Below the pieces are notes generated by a model. The model was not told the origin of the DNA. It was given only the letters and a program-made list of their open reading frames with translations, and ran no database searches. From positions 1 to 62,439 of the forward strand of contig CAZSOZ010000006.1 of assembly GCA_964608675.1 (NCBI GenBank): DNA of 62,439 nucleotides, read 5' to 3'. Source of the DNA: an uncultured archaeon. GTDB lineage: Archaea > Iainarchaeota > Iainarchaeia > Iainarchaeales > 1-14-0-10-31-34. A program made the translations under genes and the position numbers. Shown piece by piece: positions 54,866 to 62,439 of the stretch. Position 1 is the stretch's first letter, and every line of letters starts with the position of its first letter.

Positions 54866-56695
54866 TTAACGGATGCCTTTTACTCCTGAAACAGATTTTC
54901 CTTTTTTTTCTTTAAAAGAAATTTTTTTTGTTTTATCTTTTTTTGAATCAGAACTTGATTTGGATTTAGATTTTTTTGAGGGCTTTGAAGGTTTTGGCTG
55001 AGATTCTTCTTCAGTTTTCTCAGGTTCCTTTTTTTCTATTTCCTTTACATGCTGTTTTAATGATTTTGCTCTTGTTAATTCCTCTATTTTCATTCCCATT
55101 TCTTTTGCAAATGCTTTTTCAAATTCATTTAATTCATTAATTTTTGAATCAATTTCTTGTATTCTTTTTTCTATTTCGTTTTCTTTTTCTTCAATCATTG
55201 CTTCAAGTTCTTCTTTATCTTCTTTCATTTCATCTAAATTTTTTCTTATAGTTTTAACAAACTGGTCTTTGAATGAATCCAGTTCTTCTGCTTTATGAGT
55301 GATTTCCTTTAAATTTGTATTCTGTAAAATTTTCTTTTCAAATCCCATTAATTCTTTTTTTCTTTGTTCAAATAATTCATTTAATTGTTCTTCAGAATTT
55401 GTTGCAGATTCAGCTAATTGAGCCGCAATAAACCTCTTTAATTCAGCTTTAGTGTTTTCCAGTTCCTGAATTGCATCATCTATTTCTTTCTGAAGGCTTA
55501 CCCTAAAAGCTTCCATTTTCATTTTGGTTTCTTCAGCTAATTTCCTTGCAGTTGAATCCTGTTCTGCTTTTCTTTTAATTTCCTCTATTTCTTTTATTTT
55601 TGCTTCAATTATTTCATCTATTTCGTTTTCTTTTTCCATAATAATATTGGAAATCTTTACTTCAAAATCAGCTGAAAGCTTTCTGATGTTTTCCTCTGTT
55701 TTTTTGGGATCCATGCTTTTAGTGAGTTCTTCAAAAGCATTCAGTTTTTTTGTTAACTGACTGGAAATTTCTTTTGTCTGTTTTTCAGTTATTTCAGTGA
55801 TTTTTTTTTCTGCATTTGAAACAAGACCTTCAGTTATTCTGGATTCCAATTCCAATGCTTTGTTGACTCTGTCATCAAGTTCTTCTATCTGCTTGGTTGA
55901 ATCAAACATGAACTGCTTTGATTCGTTTTTTATTTCTTCAACTTCGTTTTTTAATGCTTTAACTAAATCAACTTTGGATTTTTCTATTTCCTTTAATTTG
56001 GAATTAATTTCAGCTAAAATTCTTTCGTTTTCTTTTTCTGTTTCCTCTGTTTTTTTGCTGGTTTCAGAAATAGCCATTTTCACTTCTTTTAATGCAGTTA
56101 ATTTTGCATCAATCTCTGAACTTATTTCTTTTGATTTTGATTCAAGTGAAGAATTAATTTCATTTTTTAGTTCTTCTTTTAGTTCATTGTTTGTTTGCTG
56201 TATTTTTTTTGTTTCTTTTTCAAGTTCTTCTTTAACTTTTTCGTCAATGACATCATTTATGTTGTCTCTAATTTCTTCAATTTCATCAAGTCTTTCGTTC
56301 ACTACAGTTAAAACCCCTTTTTCCCAGACTTCTTTTTCGTCTGCATGAAGTTTTTTTGGTTTTTCTTTTGGTTTTTCGGATTCTTTTTTTGGTTCTTTTT
56401 TGTCTTCTCCTTTTATTGCTTTAATTAATTCTTCTCTTGTTTCATCAGGAATTTCTTTGGCCTGCTTTTTCATTTCTTTTTTTGCTTGAGTTTTTTCTTT
56501 TTTCTCTTCTTTTTTTAAGGGAAGTTTTGCTTCCTTGATTTTTTTTGGTTCTTCTGCTTTAGCTTCCTTTAACAGCATTTTTGCTTCATTTTTGTCTATT
56601 CCGACTTCCTCTAAATTAGAAATTATTTCATCGTCTGATACATTTAAAGAAATCAATTTTTTAATACTTGAAATCAAAGTGTTTTTGTCCGCCAT
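54866..56695 (-). CDS. long coiled-coil protein
   Basis: E/K-rich heptads over about 450 aa; true start ATG 56695 (longer ORF overlaps tRNA). Confidence 0.85.
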   Translation of the reverse strand: MADKNTLISSIKKLISLNVSDDEIISNLEEVGIDKNEAKMLLKEAKAEEPKKIKEAKLPLKKEEKKEKTQAKKEMKKQAKEIPDETREELIKAIKGEDKKEPKKESEKPKEKPKKLHADEKEVWEKGVLTVVNERLDEIEEIRDNINDVIDEKVKEELEKETKKIQQTNNELKEELKNEINSSLESKSKEISSEIDAKLTALKEVKMAISETSKKTEETEKENERILAEINSKLKEIEKSKVDLVKALKNEVEEIKNESKQFMFDSTKQIEELDDRVNKALELESRITEGLVSNAEKKITEITEKQTKEISSQLTKKLNAFEELTKSMDPKKTEENIRKLSADFEVKISNIIMEKENEIDEIIEAKIKEIEEIKRKAEQDSTARKLAEETKMKMEAFRVSLQKEIDDAIQELENTKAELKRFIAAQLAESATNSEEQLNELFEQRKKELMGFEKKILQNTNLKEITHKAEELDSFKDQFVKTIRKNLDEMKEDKEELEAMIEEKENEIEKRIQEIDSKINELNEFEKAFAKEMGMKIEELTRAKSLKQHVKEIEKKEPEKTEEESQPKPSKPSKKSKSKSSSDSKKDKTKKISFKEKKGKSVSGVKGIR

Positions 56696-56782
56696 GCAAG
56701 CCCTAAACAATAATGCAAATAGAAAATAAAAAGGTTTGTTTGCAAAAAAAATTAATAGAATTTTTTTGAAAAGAAAAAATAA

Positions 56783-56854
56783 TGGACTCTGCGGGATTCG
56801 AACCCGCGACCTTCCGATTGCCAACCGAACGATCTACCACTGATCTAAGAGCCC
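56783..56854 (-). tRNA. tRNA-Ala(GGC)
   Basis: GGGCTCT/AGAGTCC with G3:U70, TTCGG-TTGGCAA-TCGGA. Confidence 0.97.
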
Positions 56855-56895
56855 GGCAAATAATTAAATTAAATAAAAAGATTTAATATTATTGC

Positions 56896-57678
56896 ATGAA
56901 AATAAAAAAAATAGTTTTGAGAAAAAAAAATACGAAAAAACAGAAAAAAAAGCCTGAAAACAAATTTAAGGCTTCAACAAAAGACTTTATAAGAACAAGA
57001 CTAATAAAAGGAGGAAAATTCAGGTTTACCAGAAAAGGTCTTAAAATGCTTAAATCACATCCGCTTGTTTATGAGGCAGTCAATGAAATTGTTTCAGTTC
57101 AGCTTGCAGGACTAAATTTGCTTGACCCCAAACTTAAAACAAAAAAAATAAGAAATCATGAAATCATAAAGCTTGCTGACAGCTTTAAAAAGCAGGTTAA
57201 TTTGTTTGACAAACAAGCTCCTTTCTTTAAGACAACCCACAAAATGGATTTAGGCAAATATATTATTGAAAAAGTAAGTCCTCCTCAGGGAGCAATTAAT
57301 ATTGGAATGTATAGAATTACTTCAAATAAAGGGGAATCAATTTTAGTTAAACTTCAACCACAAAAGTATACTACTTCAGAAATAGAAAACCTTGAAATTG
57401 CAAGAAAACTGGGTTTCAGGACTCCTGATTATTTTCTGGAATTTGATTTTCCAAAATTTAATGTTCAAGTTATGGAAACAATGAAGCTTCCCACAGTAAA
57501 ACAATTCAGAAAAAAGCATCCAATTCAATACCGTGCTTTTGTAAGAAAAGCTTTCATAAAAGAAGCACAAGAATTAAGAAAAACTTTTCTTGATGCAGAA
57601 GCAGAAAATTGTCTTTTAATGCTTAGAGGCAGAGGAATAAAAAAAAGAGCTTATTTTTATTGGATTGACTTATTCTAA
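56896..57678 (+). CDS. basic hypothetical protein with possible atypical kinase-like C-terminal domain
   Basis: ILVK...E.ENL..ARKLG..TP...VME...DAEAENCLL...WID. Confidence 0.6.
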   Translation: MKIKKIVLRKKNTKKQKKKPENKFKASTKDFIRTRLIKGGKFRFTRKGLKMLKSHPLVYEAVNEIVSVQLAGLNLLDPKLKTKKIRNHEIIKLADSFKKQVNLFDKQAPFFKTTHKMDLGKYIIEKVSPPQGAINIGMYRITSNKGESILVKLQPQKYTTSEIENLEIARKLGFRTPDYFLEFDFPKFNVQVMETMKLPTVKQFRKKHPIQYRAFVRKAFIKEAQELRKTFLDAEAENCLLMLRGRGIKKRAYFYWIDLF

Positions 57679-57690
57679 AAAAAAAATTAA

Positions 57691-57909
57691 TTAAGGAGAA
57701 ATTAAGATTACTGTGTCTCCTCTTATCATTAGTTTGCCGTACTTTTTTTTGGTTTCTCCGTTTTGGAGTTCTTCTGCGTTTTCTAATACAATGTTCATGT
57801 GAACATCAAATGCTTTTAGGGTTCCCCTAAAATTTAAATCGCCTTTTGTTACAACTAAAACTTCTTTTCCCACTGAATCATTCAGTAAATCAAATGGTCT
57901 GCTTGACAT
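57691..57909 (-). CDS. Sm/Lsm protein
   Basis: RPFDLL, GTLKAFDVHMNIVL, IRGDTVILISP. Confidence 0.97.
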   Translation of the reverse strand: MSSRPFDLLNDSVGKEVLVVTKGDLNFRGTLKAFDVHMNIVLENAEELQNGETKKKYGKLMIRGDTVILISP

Positions 57910-57914
57910 AAAAA

Positions 57915-58823
57915 TCACTTTTCCTTTATTTCAATGCTTTCCTCGTTTATTTCAGGTAAAACGTCTTCATCAAAGTCCTTTGGCTTGCTTTCCATTTTAG
58001 TTTTTTGGATATCTTTTTCCAAAGAGTCTTTTGGTTTCCTTTTAAAGATAGCAAACAACTTATTTAAAAATCTTGTTATAGGCCCTTTCTTTTTGAGTTT
58101 AATTGTAGTCTGAACTCCAGTTAATTTTTCTGCAATCAGATTGATGGCTTCAACTCCTTTTGAGCCGGGCTTAAACAGAATTGTAGGCATTATTTTTTCT
58201 CTCATAAAAGATTTTCTCATGTCTTCATCGTAAGGAATCAATCCATACAAAGGCAGTTCAAGCATTTTCATTATGTCTTCAGGCATTACTTCTCCTTTTT
58301 CGTTTCTGACAAAATTTACTATTATTCCAATTGGTTTTGCTCCAAGGCGTTCTGCAACAATTTTTGTTTTTAGTACGTCTGCAATTGAAGGAGAAACAGG
58401 CATTGTAACCAGCAAAACTTTGTCTGAAGCACTTAAAGCTGACATTACATTAGTTTCAATTCCTGCAGGAGCATCCAATAAAATGTAATCAAACTGGTCT
58501 TTAACTGAAGCAATTACTCCTGAAAGCCTTGCTGAATCAACTCTTCTGTAGCTTTCAAAACTTAACCCTGAAGGAACAAAAGAAATTCCTCCAGGACCAT
58601 CATAAATTGCATCCTGTAAAGAGCTTTCTCCAAGCAAAACGTCATGCAAAGTAATAGGAGAAGAATGCATTCCTAAAAGCAGGCTTAAATTTGCCATTGC
58701 AATATCTGAATCAACTAATAAAACTTTTTTTCCTCTTTGAGCTAAAGCAATTCCAAGATTGGCAGTAATTGTAGTTTTTCCTACTCCTCCTTTTCCTGAA
58801 GCAAGTGCATAAACTGTTCCCAT
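57915..58823 (-). CDS. minD: archaeal MinD ATPase
   Basis: SGKGGVGKTT, DSDIAMANL, LDAPAG. Confidence 0.95.
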   Translation of the reverse strand: MGTVYALASGKGGVGKTTITANLGIALAQRGKKVLLVDSDIAMANLSLLLGMHSSPITLHDVLLGESSLQDAIYDGPGGISFVPSGLSFESYRRVDSARLSGVIASVKDQFDYILLDAPAGIETNVMSALSASDKVLLVTMPVSPSIADVLKTKIVAERLGAKPIGIIVNFVRNEKGEVMPEDIMKMLELPLYGLIPYDEDMRKSFMREKIMPTILFKPGSKGVEAINLIAEKLTGVQTTIKLKKKGPITRFLNKLFAIFKRKPKDSLEKDIQKTKMESKPKDFDEDVLPEINEESIEIKEK

Positions 58824-58877
58824 AAAATCAACTAAAAAAAAAATAATTTTGTTATAATTAAGAAGAGTTATTTGTTA

Positions 58878-59327
58878 TTAAAAGCTTTTTCCTCTGGAAA
58901 GCTTTTCTTCCACTTCTTTGGCCAGTGCATTGAATTCAACTGTAGAAAGCGAAGCCGGAGCCCTTACAATAAAAACCTTGTTTCTGTAAGGCATTAACAT
59001 ATACCAGTCAGTTGATTTAATTAAAATTGTTTCAGATTTTGGTATTTCAGATTTAATGTAATTAAACATTGCTGTTCCTGTAATTGCTTCCTTTAATCCG
59101 TTTCCGTTTGCAGTTGAAGCAATAACTGAACCGTTTCTTCCTGCAATACAAATTAAATCAACTAAATGCTTTTTTTTAAGTATTTTAAGAAATCTTTTTA
59201 AGTCAGCTGTGCTTGTATTAAAAGAATGCCTTGACAAAATCTCTGAAATTGCATTCAATTGTTTTTCAGGAATTTTTGTGTTATCCAATCCAAGCAGTTT
59301 TTCTGCAAAAATTTTAATTGACTTCAT
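58878..59327 (-). CDS. hypothetical protein, Roadblock/LC7-like
   Basis: helix-VDLICIAGRNGSVIAS-helix-three strands-helix. Confidence 0.55.
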   Translation of the reverse strand: MKSIKIFAEKLLGLDNTKIPEKQLNAISEILSRHSFNTSTADLKRFLKILKKKHLVDLICIAGRNGSVIASTANGNGLKEAITGTAMFNYIKSEIPKSETILIKSTDWYMLMPYRNKVFIVRAPASLSTVEFNALAKEVEEKLSRGKSF

Positions 59328-59387
59328 TTAAACCACTGTCCAGTAAAAAATAATTAGCCAGCTAAATGTTTTTATTGTTTTTCTTAG

Positions 59388-59879
59388 TCAGCCCATGTCG
59401 CCTAAACCAAGTTTTTTCATTATTTCTGTTTTATGAGAAGAAGATTTCATTACCATAGATAAAACTTTTCTTGCATAAGCCGGATTAAAAGTATTATGAG
59501 TTAATTTTTTTATGTCTCCTGAAGAAACATCAACGCTTAATCTTACTTTAGGGTTAACTGCAACAGTTAATTCAGCATCAGTTGACCTAAAACTAACAAC
59601 ATCAAAAACTCCTGTTTCAGCTGAAGAAGCATTAAAAACTTGGGCTATTGCAGGATTTCCATTAACTGAAATACCATACTTTAAGTATTCATAAGAAGAA
59701 GCAATAATTTTTCCTTCCCTGAATACAAGAGTGCCTTCTTCTAATCCATCAAATCCTTCAATAGTAAGGTTTGCATAACCGCTGAATTTTTCTTTAATTA
59801 ATTTAATCATTTTAGAACTAAAATCATTTTCCTTTAAATTTAAAGCCTGTTCAAGCACTCTTCCTTCAACTAACTGCAT
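59388..59879 (-). CDS. DUF2226-like protein
   Basis: FSGY..LTIEGFDGLEEG.LVF.EGKI; C-terminal EIMKKLGL. Confidence 0.75.
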   Translation of the reverse strand: MQLVEGRVLEQALNLKENDFSSKMIKLIKEKFSGYANLTIEGFDGLEEGTLVFREGKIIASSYEYLKYGISVNGNPAIAQVFNASSAETGVFDVVSFRSTDAELTVAVNPKVRLSVDVSSGDIKKLTHNTFNPAYARKVLSMVMKSSSHKTEIMKKLGLGDMG

Positions 59880-60392
59880 TCAAATCACGTTTTTTCCTAA
59901 AACAATTACATGGTCTGCTGTATTTTTTAAGGCTGCAGCAGAAGCTTCTTCTGCTAAAACAACAATAGTGTCTTTGCCGTATCTTTTGGCTTTAACTAAA
60001 ACCGGCAGAAAATCTGAATCCCTTGTAACAAAAGCAATCAAATGAATAGAATCATTAAAAATTGTTTCTGTTGCATCAACTGCCATAAAAACATCAACGT
60101 CTCCAACAGTAATAATTGATTCAAAACCTTGATTGACAACTGCTTCAACTAATTTATCTGAAGCATATTGATTCAAAAAAACTTTTCCTATTTTAACTTT
60201 TCCAAATTTTTCAAGAGACTTTTTTATTTCATCTAAATCAACATTTAATTCTTTTCTTAAAATATTGGGACCGTCAACAAAAACAGCAATATTTCTGGAT
60301 TTAAGTAAATCCTTTTTTCCAAAAAAGCCTTCAAAAACCATTAAACCAGCCTGCAACCTTATAGTTATTTTCTTTTTTTCCTTAATTAACAT
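59880..60392 (-). CDS. NYN-domain protein (TIGR00288-like)
   Basis: FVDGPNILRKE, DVDV.MAVDA, TRDSDFLP; start may be 60341. Confidence 0.93.
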   Translation of the reverse strand: MLIKEKKKITIRLQAGLMVFEGFFGKKDLLKSRNIAVFVDGPNILRKELNVDLDEIKKSLEKFGKVKIGKVFLNQYASDKLVEAVVNQGFESIITVGDVDVFMAVDATETIFNDSIHLIAFVTRDSDFLPVLVKAKRYGKDTIVVLAEEASAAALKNTADHVIVLGKNVI

Positions 60393-60455
60393 GGCAGGAT
60401 AAAATTATTAAGATATCCATTCTAATCTATTTAATCCAAAAAAGAGGTGTTTTTT

Positions 60456-60854
60456 GTGTCAGAAAAAAAGTTTGTTAAAGTAAGCCAGCTAAAAGAAAAC
60501 GGATACGTTTTAATTGACGATATTGTTTGCAGGATTAATTCAATTGATAAATCCAAACCCGGAAAACATGGTTCAACTAAAGCACGAATTGTTGCAACAG
60601 GAGTGTTTCAAAACACAAAAAAAGGAATGCTTCAGCCGACTTCAGCTGACGCACAAGTTCCAATAATAGAAAAAGGAACAGCTCAAATTGTAGCAGTAAT
60701 GGGAAACACTCTGCAGTTAATGGATACAACTTCGTATCAAACATTTAACACTGATTTGCCTTCAGAACTCAAAGGACTAAAATCAGGGGACGAAGTAGAA
60801 TACATGAAATACGGAGAAAACGCAAAAGTTTTAAGAAAAAAGCCTTCAGAATAA
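60456..60854 (+). CDS. eif5a: translation factor aIF-5A
   Basis: SKPGKHGSTK hypusine motif; GTG after SD GAGGTG. Confidence 0.96.
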   Translation: MSEKKFVKVSQLKENGYVLIDDIVCRINSIDKSKPGKHGSTKARIVATGVFQNTKKGMLQPTSADAQVPIIEKGTAQIVAVMGNTLQLMDTTSYQTFNTDLPSELKGLKSGDEVEYMKYGENAKVLRKKPSE

Positions 60855-62381
60855 TTACCCAGCTTTTTCTTCAATTTTCTGAAATAAAATTTCAGGTTTA
60901 CCTGTTTGAATATTTTCTTTTATTACATTCCATTTTAAGGCTTCATCAAATTTTTCTGTTTTGATTCCTAATTGATTCTGGATTTTTTCTGCTGTTTCAG
61001 GAATAAAAGGCAGAAGAAGAATGCTTATAATCCTCAAAGATTCAGATAAAGTGTATAAAACGTTTCCTAGTTTTTCTTTTTGGTTTGCTTTAGCTAATTC
61101 CCATGGTTTTTGGTCGTTAATGTATTTGTTGGATGCATCAATTATTTCCCAGACTGAATTTAAAGCTTTATGAAATTTTAATTCATCAATAAATTTTTCT
61201 GTTTCTTCTGCTTTCTTCAGAGTTAAATCCCTTAATTCTTTTTCTGGTTTAGAAATATTAACTGCTTTAGGCATTTTTCCTACAAAATATTTTTCAATCA
61301 TTACAATTGTCCTGTTCAACAAATTTCCTAAACCATCAGCTAACTCAGAATTAATTCTCTGAATTAAAGCTTTTTCAGAATAGTCTCCATCAGAACCAAA
61401 AGGAATTTCTCTCAACAAAAAATACCTTAAAGCATCAGCAGAATACTTTTCACTTACTTTAATAGGGTCAATTACATTTCCTTTCGATTTAGACATTTTT
61501 TGTCCTTCAACAGTAAGCCATCCATGCCCAAAAATTTTTTTAGGCAAAGGCAGTCCTGCAGACAAAAGCATTGCAGGCCAAATCACTGCATGAAACCTTA
61601 CAATTTCTTTTCCCATTAAATGAACGTCAGCAGGCCAAATGCTTTTAAACTGCTTTGAATTTGAACCATATCCAATTGCAGTAATATAATTAAGCAAGGC
61701 ATCAAACCAGACATAAATTACGTGATTTTTATTTAACGGAACAGGAATCCCCCACTTAATTGAAGTCCTGGAAATAGACAAATCCTGAAGGCCTTGTTTA
61801 ATGAAATTAACTATTTCTTTTTTTCTGGTTTCAGGCATTACAACGTTGTCGCTTTCAATGTATCCAAGCAAAGCCTGCTGATATTTGCTTAACTTAAAAA
61901 AATAAGATTGTTCTCTCATTAACTGAGTTTCTTTTCCGCAACTTGAACAAATTTTTTTTTCGTTAAGCTGGCTTTCAGTATAATAAGTTTCACAAGGAAC
62001 ACAATAATATCCTTCATATTCCCCTAAATAAATGTCGCCGTTTTCATACACTTTTTTGAAAAACTTTAACACTGCTTTTTCGTGCTGTAAATCAGTTGTT
62101 CTAATAAAATAATCATAAGAAACATTAAGTTTTTTCCAAGCTTCAGTAAAAGCCGGAACTAATTCATCCAAAAACTCTCTTGGAAGTTTTCCTTTTTCTT
62201 CTGCTGCTTTAGCAACCTTTTCTCCGTGTTCATCTGTTCCAGTCAAAAAAAAGACTTTTTTTCCTTTTAGTTTATGGAATCTTGCCAAAACATCTGCAGA
62301 TATATTAGTGTAAGCTGAACCAATATGAGGCTTGTCATTAACATAATACAAAGGAGTTGTAATATAATATGTATTTTTTAT
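60855..62381 (-). CDS. metG: methionyl-tRNA synthetase, short bacterial MetRS1 type; start codon unresolved
   Basis: YITTPLYYVNDKPHIG, GTDEHG, YVWFDAL, KMSKS. Confidence 0.95.
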   Translation of the reverse strand: MKNTYYITTPLYYVNDKPHIGSAYTNISADVLARFHKLKGKKVFFLTGTDEHGEKVAKAAEEKGKLPREFLDELVPAFTEAWKKLNVSYDYFIRTTDLQHEKAVLKFFKKVYENGDIYLGEYEGYYCVPCETYYTESQLNEKKICSSCGKETQLMREQSYFFKLSKYQQALLGYIESDNVVMPETRKKEIVNFIKQGLQDLSISRTSIKWGIPVPLNKNHVIYVWFDALLNYITAIGYGSNSKQFKSIWPADVHLMGKEIVRFHAVIWPAMLLSAGLPLPKKIFGHGWLTVEGQKMSKSKGNVIDPIKVSEKYSADALRYFLLREIPFGSDGDYSEKALIQRINSELADGLGNLLNRTIVMIEKYFVGKMPKAVNISKPEKELRDLTLKKAEETEKFIDELKFHKALNSVWEIIDASNKYINDQKPWELAKANQKEKLGNVLYTLSESLRIISILLLPFIPETAEKIQNQLGIKTEKFDEALKWNVIKENIQTGKPEILFQKIEEKAG

Positions 62382-62439
62382 TTTTTATAACACAAAAAAA
62401 ATCCAAAAAAAAAAAAAAAAAAAAAAATTTAAAAAAAAA

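Noticed and set aside
147-59694. Many short antisense ORFs rich in F/L/S
   Set aside because: Shadows of A-rich coding strands opposite well-supported genes
62385-62439. Poly-A tracts at the window ends as functional elements
   Set aside because: Low complexity, probably contig-end sequence

Overview
This is a low-GC, strongly A-skewed archaeal window. The exosome/proteasome superoperon, PAN, aMBF1, aIF5A, Sm, FtsZ, L15e/L37ae/L44e and BHB-intron tRNAs are archaeal; a DPANN lineage such as Diapherotrites is my inference. Three accessory blocks stand out against the housekeeping genes. (1) 0.5-8.4 kb: a peptide-ligase/peptidase locus with two intact and one degenerate RimK-type ATP-grasp ligases, an MscS-channel/C39-peptidase fusion, an M29 aminopeptidase and a GCS2 ligase, interrupted by a Fic module flanked by 30-bp direct repeats. 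(2) 22892-27623: a 4.7-kb transposon with terminal inverted repeats and a 9-bp target duplication. It carries vsr, an HTH-fused endonuclease, a C5 methyltransferase, an atypical tRNA-Met(CAT)-like gene, an unlisted RHH gene and a frameshifted DDE transposase, and it sits flush against a related remnant. (3) 29.8-33.8 kb: a reductase / cis-prenyltransferase / UbiA / V4R / KaiC-like cluster. There are five canonical tRNAs (Leu-CAA and Asn-GTT with long introns, Ser-GCT, Val-GAC, Ala-GGC), tRNA-associated palindromic repeats, and an unexplained GC-rich structured element with tRNA-Leu-like ends at 10.36-10.47 kb. All calls come from reading motifs by eye; no database searches were run.
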